A stretch of 63,067 nucleotides of DNA, counting the filler, from Octopus bimaculoides (Eukaryota), in NCBI RefSeq assembly GCF_001194135.2. It is 6 parts of 6 records of this genome, joined end to end, with 100 filler letters (N's around TTAATTAATTAA, not from the genome) between each part and the next. Parts side by side here need not be neighbours in the genome. Positions count along the whole stretch, not along the records: positions 26,182 to 41,680 come from NC_068998.1; positions 41,781 to 49,693 come from NC_068991.1; positions 49,794 to 59,579 come from NC_068987.1; 3 more parts are not named here. One strand, 5' to 3'. Each line of letters begins with the position of its first letter. Position 1 is the first letter of the stretch. Positions 38,674 through 52,723 of the stretch are shown in pieces. The notes beneath the pieces are model-generated. The model did no database searches, was not told the DNA's origin, and saw only the letters and a program-made list of their open reading frames with translations. A program made the translations under genes and the position numbers.

Positions 38674-40199
38674 CATACATAAACAGATATTGATGAAAAT
38701 ATATTAAAGATGTAATAGTTTACAGTAGTGCATATGCTTCAGTAAATAATATATTTTCAAAGGCAGCAAAGAATTTATTGTAGAAATCAGAAGACATTTA
38801 TACGTGCATTAAAACGAAGATATTGTAAGGACATTTATACGGAAAATAAAAACCACTTTTCGAAAGTAAAAATTATCATATATTTAAAATACTGGAAAAA
38901 CTGTTCAGGAAATATCTCTAAATGAGCCGCTTTATTCACAATGCCTATATGAAGTGTTTTACGATACATCTGAGAGATTTTAAATCTAATGGCTGAATTT
39001 AATAAGTGACAGTCATCAAAGAAATTAATGATTCACAGGGAGACCTTATAGGTTTCAGAAATAATTGTTGGAAAAATTGAACTGTGTGAACTTTAATTTA
39101 AAAAAGTGTTTTTTTATATGAAACAAAACGAAAAAGAAGTAGGTACACTCTTCCATAAAGACGAATACAGGAAAGGAAAGCTTTCAAATTATATACTGTC
39201 TTTATGCAGTTGGTTCACAAATGTAGAATAAAGTCTGATTTAACGAAGTTGTGTAATGTATTATTTCAGGAAATGGGAACAGATCAAGTGATGTTACCTT
39301 TAAAAAGCGAGTTAGAGCAAAAGAGGAAAACATTGATACAAAATACAAAATATCTCGAAGAGAATGCATACGATTTTAAGGCAACATCTGTCCCCATTTC
39401 CTGTTATGATGTGGATTTGTTGAAGATTTGGCTGCTATATCTAGCAGACAGTGTCCACTGACCCTTTTATACATTCGAAAATTAGGTTATTTATATATTC
39501 AAAAGTTAAGATTTGCGTAAATGAATAAAAATCAATTTAAAGAACAGGAGCATTTCCCCCTCCTACCCACAAGTACTGAGTATTTTTATGTATTTATCGC
39601 TGACTTGATCGTTCAATAAAATTTCTTTGTCTATATTTATAACGTTTTACATGAAGGAAGTTTTCTTCCATTAACATTTTTTTTTTCATTTATGAGATTT
39701 CGTTTTTCTTTTCTCTCAACATCACATTCACCGGGAATTAGGCATTTTTGTTGCATTTAATAAGCTTATCTAAGGATCAGCTGTTCATCAGCCCCAAGAT
39801 GTACGCTATATTATTACAGCAACTATGTGCAGTGACCTTAGGCAAAGCACATGCATTAACTTGAAAGCATTGCTTCTTTGTGTCTCTAGCTCTGCTTAAA
39901 GCTTCCGCAATTGCAATAATATCAAATAAATCCTTTCCGGAAAGTCATTTCAGCTCCGATAGTATTGGGCAACAAAAAGCAAACTAAAAGAGATCAAAAG
40001 ATAACACTAAATCAGACTTAGCCGCGTGGGTCTGTAATCAAAAACATGCGTAACATCACCGTCCAAATGTTTCGTCCAACTTACCTCAAAGACGGAGATA
40101 TGGCTGCTAGTTATGCAATTAAAATTAACACTTATACAATGATATTTGTCTTGTCAAAGCGTATTGTAATTGATTCAAATTTTTAATAATCTAATTTTA

Positions 40200-40590
40200 T
40201 AGACGTGACTGTGTGGTAAGAAGCTTCCTCATCAACCACATTGTTCCAGGTCCCATTCCACTGCGTGGCACCTTAGGATAGAATCTTGTACTATAGTCTC
40301 AGGCCAACCAACGGCGTGTGATGGATTTGGTAGGCGGGAAGTGAGAGAAGTCTGTTGTATATATTATGTGTGTGCGTGTGCACGTGTGTGTGTGTGTGGT
40401 GAGGCTGTGTCTGTGTTTGTCCCGACTCACCGCTTGACAACTGTTGTTGGTATGTTTACGATCCAATTAACTAGCGGTTCGGAAAATAGACAGCGATAGG
40501 ATAAGCATTGGGTGCGCTTCAATCGACTAAAAATTATTGAAGATGATACCCCAGTATGGTCTCAGTTTGTTGATTGAAACATGTGAAAGA
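40200..40590 (+). mobile_element. Two tandem SINEs
   Basis: tRNA-like head, CORE-like GCACCTTAGG motif and a (GT)n spacer, then the TAGCGGTTCGG family. Confidence 0.7.
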
Positions 40591-41641
40591 AAATAGAGGG
40601 TTGGAAGTAAAATATAGTAGCATAGCATTAACGCAGTGATACAACCCCCCCAACCACGGTTTTAATAGACTTCTTTCAATTCTCTGTATTCTAACATACA
40701 ATAATCACATTACAATGTTTGCTAACTCGAGATACTTAATCAAAATCCTTAGACCAACAGAAATAACACGCAAATATATTCATTTTGTAACGTCGCTTCA
40801 AGTATTGATTTCAAAAACACCTCTTGTCGACTTTCATTTTCATCATAACATATTCAATAAAACGAACTACTGGGTTGCTAAAATAACCCATAAAATTTAC
40901 AAATATATGTTTATTTGTGCGAATAACAGTTAACAATAAAGGAAAAACAGGCCACATATGAACTTTTCTTCACTCAGCCAAGCCTTCTTTACTCCTTATA
41001 ATAATGAAGTGATCATTGCCAAGGTGAAAATTTTGTGTATTGTATGTTATATACAAAATGACCAAACAAACGATGACTCTGAAATAAATATTTATGTATA
41101 TTTTATCTTCCAATCAATATAATATAATATTTTTCACTACATAAGTCACCTTGGAAACTTCAAGTTAACAATATCGAAAAGGCTCTCTCTTACACGCTTC
41201 ATCTTTCTATCACTAGCCTTTCTCTCTCCCCAGTCTCTGTCTCTCACAAACACACATTCATATGCGTGTATATATATATATATATATATATATNNNNNNN
41301 NNNCTGAATATATTCTTTTATTTCTTATTTATTTCAATCATTTGACGACGACCCCGAGAGAGCACCGCCTTAAAGAGGTTTTTAGTCGAAGAAATCACAC
41401 ACAGGCCTTATTCTCTATGAGTGCAGTACTTATTCTATCGGCCTCTTTTGCCGAACAGCTCAGTTACGGGGATGTAAGCACATTAACCTCGGTTGTCAAG
41501 CGATGGTGCAGGGACAAGCACTGACACACACATAAATACATACATACACACTCAACCATAAATAAATAAATATAAATGTATGTATATATATATGATATAC
41601 ACACATATGTATATATATTCATTTATATATATATATACTCC

Positions 41642-41680
<39 letters not shown>

Positions 41681-41780
41681 NNNNNNNNNNNNNNNNNNNN
41701 NNNNNNNNNNNNNNNNNNNNNNNNTTAATTAATTAANNNNNNNNNNNNNNNNNNNNNNNNNNNNNNNNNNNNNNNNNNNN
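41681..41780. other. Artificial assembly spacer
   Basis: 44 N + TTAATTAATTAA (41725-41736) + 44 N. Confidence 0.95.
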
Positions 41781-41806
41781 TTATATATATATATATATAT
41801 ATAAAA

Positions 41807-42902
<1,096 letters not shown>

Positions 42903-43358
42903 ATATACATATATATAATCATCATCATTTAATGTCTGTTTTCCATACTGGCATGGGTTGCATGGTTTGACTAGAGTCGGTAAGACTAGAGACCACACCA
43001 AGCTCCTTTGTCTGTTCTGGCATGATTTCTACTGTTGGATGCCCTTCCTAATGTCAACCAGTCCACAGAGTGTACTGAGTGCTTTAACATGTTACCAGCA
43101 CTGGTATCAATTCTGCTGTGGTGAACAGGTTTTCTTGAGTACAGCAATGTGCCAGATATCTTGGTCCCTAGTCATCTCTTTCATAAAACTCAGTGACTTT
43201 AGATCAGCCTTATACATACAATCATACATACATACATGCATACATATATATATATATGTACATATATATATATGTACATATATATATATATANNNNNNNN
43301 NNNNNNNNNNNNNNNNNNNNNNNNNNNNNNNNNNNNNNNNATATATATGTATATATGT

Positions 43359-44918
43359 ATATATCAGTTGAATAAAGTTAAAACGTCTGGTTTTCATGTT
43401 TTTTATTATGGTATTTTAACATTAAAAAATATTTTGTAATGTTCATAAAGTTCAATTACTGCTTTCTTATGTTTGGTAGTAATCATCAGAACTATGGCAT
43501 GACTTTTAAAAGACATATAGAGGACACATGGAAAAGATACCTCAATGATTGTTTCCTAATTTGGACCAAATCCCAAGAAAATCTGAAAGAATTCAGTACC
43601 CCCTTCAACAATCAGTACCCTAGTCTCAAATTCACAAGAGAAATGAGCAACACAGAATTACCATTTCTTGACATAATGGTAATTAAAAACAACACCATAA
43701 TCACAATTGATATTTATTACAAAAGCACAGATACACACCAGTACCTAAATTTTAAATCATGCCACCCAACACACACAAATCGCAATATCCCGTACTGTCT
43801 CGCCAGGAAAATGTGTACTATAGTAGATGATCCAAATAACAGAAACACACAACTTATAGAACTCAAAAGATTTCTGCTCAAGCAAAATTACCCTCTCCTA
43901 CTTATAGAAACTAGCAAACAATGAGCAAAAGAGATACCTATAGAACAACTTAGGGCAACACAAAAAAGATGAACCCATCAACAGAACACAATAGTAACAC
44001 ACAATCCGCATCACTAAAACATTTTTAACATTATCAAAACAATTTTGCCAATCATAAAACAAAGTGAAAAATTAAAGAAGATAATAACTAATCAAACACT
44101 TACCTTAAGCAAAAGGCAACCACATAACCTAAAGAAACTATTAACAAAGGCAAAGTTCAACATGAACAAACAGGATAAGACATTCACAGTATCCAAGTGT
44201 AATGATAACAGATGTGGAACATGTCAATACATACATACGGGTAGATCCATTAGAACAAAAGATGGACAGATTTTCACACATGCGGATATGAACAGCAAAA
44301 GCAGAAATTTGATCAACTGCATTAAATGCTCGAATTGCAAGGAAATATATATAGGCAAGACTAAGAATGCATTATTGGAACACTCACGAGTCCACAGACA
44401 ACAAATCTGGAACACCAATGTTCACAAAATTCCATTGAGCAAACATATAGAAACATGTGGTCAGAAAATGTTTCTAATTTTACCTTTCCATAAACTAAAT
44501 GACGCAAGTGAGGTTGGAAAAAAGATAAAAGAAAAATAGTTTTTTAAAATGTTCAAAACCTGTTCTAAAGGAAAATAACAACAATAATATAACAACTAGG
44601 TAATGAGGTGGATTAAAAAATATCTTTAACATATGAATATAAGCAAATTACAGAATATTGGTATGCCTTGCAAACTGTGATGTTTGAGCTGCATGCAGAT
44701 TGATCATAAATTCAGCTTGTTGGAGCATTCTAAGAGGTACTACAATTATCAAGAACTCAACTGTCGGTTAAATACATTTGAAATCTGATAATTACTACCA
44801 AACGTACGAAAGTGCTAATTGAACTTTACAAACATTACAAAATATTTTTTTAATGTTAAAATACCATAATAAAAAACGTGAAAACCAGACCATGTTTTAA
44901 CTTTATTCAACTGATATA
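43359..44918 (+). mobile_element. 5'-truncated Penelope-like element (RT C-terminus + GIY-YIG) flanked by ~130-bp inverted repeats
   Basis: WKRYLNDCFLIW, LPFLDIMV, YYKSTDTHQYLNFKSCHP, a Cys-rich linker KCNDNRCGTC and NLINCIKCSNCKEIYIGKT. 43359-43490 is the reverse complement of 44784-44918. Confidence 0.9.
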
Positions 44919-45029
44919 TTATTCTACACACATTCATACTAATTCAGANNNNNNNNNNNNNNNNNNNNNNNNNNNNNNNNNNNNNNNNNNNNNNNNNNNN
45001 NNNNNTATATATATATATATATATATATT

Positions 45030-48000
45030 TATAGGAGAAAAAAGTTTAAAAATTCAAAGAAATCAGAGAATACATACATAGAGTAATCAATCTATTACCA
45101 TAGTCCAATCAAATGAACAAATTCATTCATATTGATTACACTGCATTTCAGCTAATTGCTATTATTCAATATTTGCACTTTTAATAAGCATTATGAAGTT
45201 GAAAAAGCAAAAAGCCTCCTCAGGGCATAATTGACTGATATTTTTCACATCCTAATGGATAGAGAGTTTATTCCAATTGAATTGTAGCATGTGCATCTTG
45301 GATTCTGTTCTAAAAATAGCTAAAGTTGATTTTTTTTCACCTTAATGGACAAGGGATAGGCATAGTTCTGAAGAACTAGATCATGTTACTATTCCACTCT
45401 TTTGGTAGTGCCGATTAACTTTATACAAGTCTGCCACTACTTTTCATTCTATTCAGTATGTCCATAACACATTCTTCTATGTCCTTATTCCATCCATTTG
45501 GCCAAATTGATTAACTATTTATGCTTACAAGCCTGCTCCTACTTTTGATATTATTCAGCATGTCCACAACATATTCATCTACGCCCTAATTATTGATAAA
45601 GTAAATCTAGGTATGTTTGTAATTATTATTTTATATCAACACTTTTATTTGTTTATTTTTGTAAAATTTGTATTAGTTACTAGCAAACATAATTATTTAT
45701 TCATATATATTAGTTGTTAGGTTAGGTTCATACATATATATTTTTGTCTATTTAGTTTATAGTATAGATGCACGATTTACAGGTGTTATTTACATGGTGT
45801 TTATTTTAACTATACCGATTTAAATTTATTAAATGTATATTTAACTTTGTGAACTATCCATAGGTATTATTTACAGTGTTTATTTTAACCATATCTACTT
45901 TAAATTTATTGAATGTATATTTCACTTTATGTGGTCTGATCAATAAGTATCCAAACTGTTACCATAGTAACAAAGCTAAAGCATGCAGAGTGAAGCTGCT
46001 TGGCACAGATTAACCTTGAATTCTGCTGTACATGTGCACTAAGTTTTAATGTCCTAGCTCACTTCAGCTGTTTACAGCAGTGCTTAGAAAGAAGGTGTGT
46101 AGCGTGTGATCATCGCATTGACCATGATAGAGAAAGTTGAGCAGAAAATCTGCATCAAATTTTGTCAAAAGCTTGGCAATACCTGCTTAGAGGCCTATGC
46201 AAAGTTTTCAAAAAGTTTTCATCGTTCTCAACATGATCAAGGAAATCTTGAGCAACTGAAACCCAGGTGTCTTTTTGGTCAGCTGAAAGCAGTTTTGACA
46301 CAAACTTGGCAGACACACATCTCATACCCAAATTTTCAGTGATAATGGACTGAACTGAACCATAACTAATCTGCACATCCTCTGATAACTTATGGATGGT
46401 GATTTGATGATTTCCCCTCACAGCTGCACACACATCTGTGGTATTTTTCTCAGTCCTGCTGGTTGTGAGTCTCCCAGAATGTTTGTCAATATCAACATTT
46501 TTTTGGCCATCTTGGCAATGTCTGAACCACTCATACACTTGTGTGCGGCTTATACTCATCTCTCCATACACTTTCTGAAACTTTGCATTGGCCTCTGAGC
46601 AGGTATCGCCATGATGGCTTTCTCTGTCATGGTCATTACAATGATCACGCATTACACACCTTCCTTCTGAGCACTGCTGTAAACAGCGGAAGTGAGCTAG
46701 AATCTTAGTGCACATGCAAGCAGCGTTCATAGTCAATCTTTGCCAAGCGGCTTCACTCTGAGTGCTTTAGCTTCATTACTATGGCAACAGTTTGGATGCT
46801 TATTGATCAGACCTCGTATGAACACAACAGAGTCCTCTTTCCCTCTTGTTGATTAATTTGTGTTTTGATGAAAGAATCTGGTAAATTTCTTTGATACAAA
46901 GTTCACATCTTTTGTTCCCTATGCTATAAGATTTTGCTTGGCTAATTATTTCCTATGCAAGTGCATAGTTATTATTTTTATCCTTAATTCATCAAATTAA
47001 ATTACTTAGACTGGTGCTAGCCTCTTTTTTCTATCCCTGGAGGTGTTTTCCTGATTAGCTATCCTTCTTTTTATATAATTTTCCATAGAACCTATATACT
47101 AGTAATCCTGTCCCTCAGATACAACCTTATATCCATATATTACTCCTTTTTCCCTACAAAAAGAATTTAAGGGACATTGTTTTTCTTTAGCACAATCACA
47201 AGTTTTTTTTTTTTTAGTAGTGCTTCCTGTTTCCTAATATTGTTGTGCTTGTATTCTATGCTTTCAGAGTTATCCTCATTATATTTATTTTCTATAATTA
47301 TTCACATTAGTTTGTTTACTGTCTGCATTATTATCTACTTTATCATTGTTTTCTTTTCTTATCCTAGTACTTTTATTGTTTTCTCTTTTGTGTTTATTGC
47401 TGCTATTGTTAGTGTTAGTATTTATATTTATATTATCAATATTTATATTTATATTATCAATTTTATCAATGCTTATTGCTTCTTTTTTTTTATAGATTGT
47501 ATGTTTATGTTTAGATCCTAGTGGAGTATCCCTTAGAGATATTTCCCTTCTTTCGTTTGTGTAACTCATATTGCCTTTAATTTTCTCGCCATTTTGATCA
47601 TTTAATAATTCATTTTTATTTTCTTTATTCCTATTGTTGTAGAAATCATTTACTCTTTTAACATTTTGTGCAGCAATAATTTGTGCTATGTTTTTTTGAT
47701 ATGCAAAATCCGGCCCTCAATTTGTGTGAGTTTATTATTTTATGATATATTTTTCCCTGAAAAATGCTTAGAGACCACTTTCTAGAATAATTTCACTATA
47801 TTAATTCTAATTTGCTTTGCAAAAGGCATTATGAACCATATTATATCATCTTTAGAATTATTTTTATGAGGATTGATGTCATTTATGCATAGGGTGTAAT
47901 TTTTTACCGGATTGTTAGAAATATTATCGTTTAGCTTTTCATATATTTCCCTTTTGTTGTTAATTGCCCTATTTTGGTTTATATTCATATAGTCATAATT

Positions 48001-48960
48001 ATTATGTTTTCTTTTTGACTCCATTTTCATCTTATCTTTTTTTTTTACCCGTTCCTTAATGTTTGTATTTTTTTTATACGTGCTTGATTTCTTTTTGTTT
48101 TCTATCTCTTTCTTGATGTTTTTACTTATATTTTTCTTATCGGATTTATATTCTATCTTATCCATATTCTTTTTATCTTTATATTTAATAATTTCTATAT
48201 TAATATCTTTATTGCAAATCTTGTTTTGTGCATTATTCCTATTCTCAGATTTTATGCTTGGTCTGAAGAATTTTAATTTTTGTTTATATCCAGCTTTACT
48301 TAGTGTGATGTAATAATCAACTTCTTTAAAAATTTCCTCATCATAGATATTGGTAGCTACTATTCATCTATTAACCCTATACTACTAAATAAGGCCCTCT
48401 TGTTCGCTAAACAGAATTCAGATCTTAATATGAGTGAAATCAATGTAATATTAGCAGCTAGGAAATTTATTATACAATTTGATAATAAATACTGGGTAAA
48501 GAAAGGTACTAATGATAGCTTCAACATAACAATGGGATCTACTGACTCATCTAAGTAAAGTTTGCTGTAAGCAAAAATTAAAATTAAAACAATATACAAA
48601 ACAAGATTTTGAATAGTATGAAAAGTAGAGGCCTCTCCCTTGTCTAGCAAGGTCAAAATATCAACTTTTAGCTATTTTTAGAACAGAATCCAAGACGCAC
48701 ATGCTACAATTCAATTGGAATAAACTCTCTATCCATTAAGATGTGAAAAATATCAGTCAGTTATGCCCTGAGGAGGCTTTTTGCTTTTTCAACTTCATAA
48801 TGCGCATTAAAAGTGCAAATATTGAATAATAGCAATCGGCCAAAACGCAGCATAGGCAATATTAATGGACTTATTAATTTGACTGGACTATGGTAATAAA
48901 TTGATTACTCTATGTATGTATTCTACATTTTCTTTGAATTTTTAAACTTTTTCTCCTATA
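45030..48960 (-). mobile_element. Decayed Penelope-like element of a second lineage, with a head-to-head inverted partner and ~330-bp terminal inverted repeats
   Basis: Minus strand: thumb (DEEIFKEVDYYITLSKAGY), IIWFIMPF linker, N-rich insert and a GIY-YIG relic (CPLN...GVIYGYKV...YIGS...RCELCIKE...LINKRE...CCVH) at ~46820-47170. Plus strand 48361-48557: RT fragment YSSINPILLNKALLFA...WVKK...FNITMGS. 45030-45361 is the reverse complement of 48631-48960. Confidence 0.82.
45930..46816. mobile_element. Non-autonomous mariner made of two inverted left ends
   Basis: TA TSDs at 45928-29 and 46817-18, and ~290-bp inverted arms. The transposase N-terminus is on + (MIEKVEQKICIKFCQKLG) and on - (…RTQVYEWFR…VSAKFVSKLL…ENDENFLKTL). 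Confidence 0.9.
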
Positions 48961-49693
48961 TCGAAAATGATGGAAATCTCCGTAGCAACAACTGAAATTT
49001 CAGAGGTGTAAAGTATTAATATTGAAGAAAAACCAATGATAAACACTAATACATATACACATGAAAAATTCCAGTATCGTTAATTGATATTAGTGCAAAA
49101 CTGTTATATGCTTGAATAATATATCCCTATATATATCCCTAAGAAAAAACAACTTCTTTCTATGAAGACACACACACACACATATATATATGTATGTAAT
49201 ATAGATGTATATGATAGAAGCATATCTCTGTGGTTAAGAAATTTAAGTTCACTTGATTTCAGGCTGAGCCCCACTAAATGGCACCTCTGACAATAAGTCC
49301 AAGTTGGCCAAGGCCCTGTGAGTGGATTTAGTAAACACAAACTGAAAGAAGCTTAATGTATGCATGTGTGTGTGTGTGTCTGTGTGTATCTATATGTGTT
49401 TTTGTCTTCTCTTCACATCACATGAGTCATAAAGGAGTGTCATTGTCATGCAAACAATGTCATTCATTTTTAATATTCCATGAAATGGGGAGATATCACC
49501 ATGCTAGGAAACAAGTAAGGGTTGGTGGTAGGAATGTCATCCACCTATAAATAATCTGCCTCAAGGAATTCTGTCTGACTCATGCAAGCATGAAAAGCAG
49601 ACTTTAAAAGAATGCCAGTACACACACACATACATATATATGTGTATATGTATATGTATGTATGTATATATATATATATATATATGTATATAT

Positions 49694-49793
49694 NNNNNNN
49701 NNNNNNNNNNNNNNNNNNNNNNNNNNNNNNNNNNNNNTTAATTAATTAANNNNNNNNNNNNNNNNNNNNNNNNNNNNNNNNNNNNNNNNNNNN
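49694..49793. other. Artificial assembly spacer
   Basis: 44 N + TTAATTAATTAA (49738-49749) + 44 N. Confidence 0.95.
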
Positions 49794-50045
49794 TGGGTGT
49801 TTTTTCAAAACATTGTCTGCTTTAAAAAGCCACATCAGACACCGTGAAAGGGCTAAGGTGTAGGTGCAGGAGGTGGTCAAACTCTGTGTAAGGAGTAGAC
49901 AACCACCATGTATGTATGTATGTATGTATGTATGTACATGTACAGATCTGTATGTTTTGCTTTATGTATGTATTCTCATGCATAGTTGCATATCTAGACA
50001 TACTCATATATATTTAAATGATAAGCTTCTGGAAANNNNNNNNNN

Positions 50046-50285
50046 ACGACCCAACCACAAAGAAAAATAATGTTCTCCAGAAAAATTTCGCAAAGGCACC
50101 AGAACAGGACCCACAATGAGCAGAACTTACCTGCAGGTATTGGTAGTACAAATCAGAGGTGCAATCTGTGTGGGTGTTTTTTCAAAACATTGTCTGCTTT
50201 AAAAAGCCACATCAGACACCGTGAAAGGGCTAAGGTGTAGGTGCAGGAGGTGGTCAAACTCTGTGTAAGGAGTAGACAACCACCA
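50046..50285 (+). mobile_element. 3' end of an RTE-like LINE with a C-terminal C2H2-like finger
   Basis: STNQRCNLCGCFFKTLSALKSHIRHRERAKV*, then a short UTR and (ATGT)n. Confidence 0.55.
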
Positions 50286-50309
50286 TGTATGTATGTATGT
50301 ATGTATGTA

Positions 50310-50995
50310 TGTACATGTACAGATCTGTATGTTTTGCTTTATGTATGTATTCTCATGCATAGTTGCATATCTAGACATACTCATATATATTTAAATGATA
50401 AGCTTCTGGAAATTTTTACAGATTTTTAAGATTCCAGTGATGGATTAGATTTGTAGTCTTCCAATTAGCTTTCTCCTTTCTGGTTTTGAGAATCCCAATT
50501 TATCAAGATTGATATTTAGGCGGTGTGTTACAAATCTCAGGGCCCCGATAATTACAGCTATAAACCTGAACTTGTAATCTGGATAAAATAACTGCAGATT
50601 TCTTAAATAGTTCTGCGTAGGTGTTCTCTTTTTCACTGATCTTCAGCTTTATGTTAACAACCGCTGGGCAGTTAATTTCCACAACTGTATACAGTTTCTC
50701 TTCTCCCAAATCATTATATCAGGTCTGTTCCACCGGTACACCTGTTTATTATGATGGCTACGGCTTCTACAATACTGTGGGTTCTTATTTATTTGTCCTC
50801 GGGATTATTCTTCCGATGGATTTCATTACAGAGTGTCCTATCCACAACATCATGTCTTATCGTTAATACCGTGATGACATTTTCAGACAACTGCTTATGA
50901 TGTGGGTGACATCTTCGGTGTTAACTCCACAAAGTTTGCATCGGTTGTCACATTTTACTGCTTTTCCTGTATTGCTATCCTTTTGTGTATCAGGT
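50310..50995 (-). mobile_element. 5'-truncated R4/Dong-clade non-LTR retrotransposon (CCHC finger + restriction-like endonuclease)
   Basis: CDNRCKLCGVNTEDVTHIISSC, RHDVV, RPDIMIW, VVEINCPAVVNIKLKISEKENTYAEL and VIIGAL, with frameshifts. Confidence 0.88.
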
Positions 50996-51559
50996 ATGTA
51001 TGTATGTATGTATGTATGTATGTATAACTCTCTTGTTTGTTCAGCAATAAAAATTCAAAGTTTGATGTTATGTCTCGGTAACTGAATCCGATTGATATTC
51101 AAGTCACTGACAAAATAATATTCTAGTATGAACATTCAGATTTTGTAAGCATTTCTAGTTTACTTGAGGGAATCCTCTGATCAATTGTGGTATGAAACTG
51201 GAACAGGTGATAAACGATACTCATTATCAGGCTATATAAACAAGTAGGCTACATCAACAGTTAAATATTCCTTTCAGAAAAGATTGCATTTGCAAGTATA
51301 GTGTTGTTCCTTCATGTTTCTTGAGCTAACGGTCTGTGTTTACATTGGCTGGAACCTAGAATTTGTACTTCATGTCCATACAAGAATAGTTATAGCTGTT
51401 CTAATTTCTGGATTTATGTGAGCAATATTTTTAAAACAGCGAGAGTCATATAATAGGTTCCATTTTATAGGCGGCCTTGAAACATTTCAACCTATTCGTG
51501 TATTTGAATATCGTGGTCACATATGTATGCGTCTGTGGGTCTCATTCTACGTACATGTT

Positions 51560-51830
51560 GCTGTGGAGAGGACGCATGGCCCATTGGCTAGAGTGTTGCA
51601 TTTACGATCGAGAGATCTCAGTTTGAATACCTGGACCGGGTTGTGCATTGCGCTCTTGAGCAAAACACATCATCTCACGTTGCTCTGCGATAACTTCGTC
51701 ACCTCATGCGTGATATACCGTGATGCACTGATTTTATGGAGGGAATGACATAATGAACAGCACAGATATTTGATCACTATAAGGAAGTCATTTATCCAGG
51801 TTGTTCACAAGAAATTGTAGAATTGTCTTT
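51560..51830 (+). mobile_element. CORE-like SINE
   Basis: tRNA-like head and CTCTTGAGCAAAACACATCATCTCACGTTGCTC core, as at 14130-14360. Confidence 0.6.
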
Positions 51831-52687
51831 CTCGGACTACAAGAGAACACTATCATGTTGTATGGTGTGTTTAAGTGATTGAATGGATACAAAACTATAT
51901 AGATTTTTGTCTTTGAAATGTATAGAGTGTCTTTGTAACAGAATGAGTGTGTCTAACTATTGCCCTGTGTGTAATTTATCTTCATGCGTTTGTAATTTAA
52001 TTATCGTTTAATATGCGATTAGGCTCTGTGTTTAGTTGGTGCTTAGGGCCAAAGTTATAATGAAGTGGGTACGCTTGTATAAGGTGTGTGATTAGATGTC
52101 GTGAGCATGTTTATGTATGATATTCCATTTGGTGGGGAATTGTGTTTATGATTTGGCTTGTTAGTTAGGTGTTTCTCAATACTACAAGAATATACTTGTA
52201 CGGCTTTCTGAGTAAGTGATGCCTACACAATTCCTATAAATATATGCAATCCTCGGTTTTGCTTATTCTTCTTTCTGCATGCATATGCGTATGTGATTGC
52301 TTCTATGGCATTATCTGATTCTATACAAAAAAGTGATATGTACTTATAATTCATACACACGAACAAACGCCAATTTATTACTTGTTCATATCTTACAGCC
52401 TTATTCACTTATTCAACCAATTTATTTTAGTTTTTATCACAGTCTGGGATCATTATTATCTAGTTAAGAAATACCCTGGTATGTATGTATGTGTGTCGGT
52501 GTGCATGCGTGTGTATGCATGTATACACATATTACATATACATATGTATGTATATATACGTGAATATATAATATAATATATATGTATGTATCTGTGTGCT
52601 TACATGTGTAAAGGTAATTTTTTCTCTTCCGCTTCCTACGATATATATACTCACACATATGTATGTACATATGTGTGTGTATGTGTG

Positions 52688-52723
<36 letters not shown>

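Noticed and set aside
39204-39461. 85-aa ORF with a TTTCAG acceptor-like site
   Set aside because: The apparent exon start is one arm of a small inverted repeat (39267-39403, CAGGAAATGGG.ACAGAT), and I recognise no homology.
40081-40110. Strong minus-strand donor GAG|GTAAGT with nearby acceptors (19-22 nt micro-exon)
   Set aside because: No partner exons or recognisable peptide, and not distinguishable from chance.
49794-50412. Exact 242-bp direct repeat (offset 377) producing duplicated ORFs
   Set aside because: It starts at a spacer and ends at a 10-N gap, so it is probably an assembly duplication.
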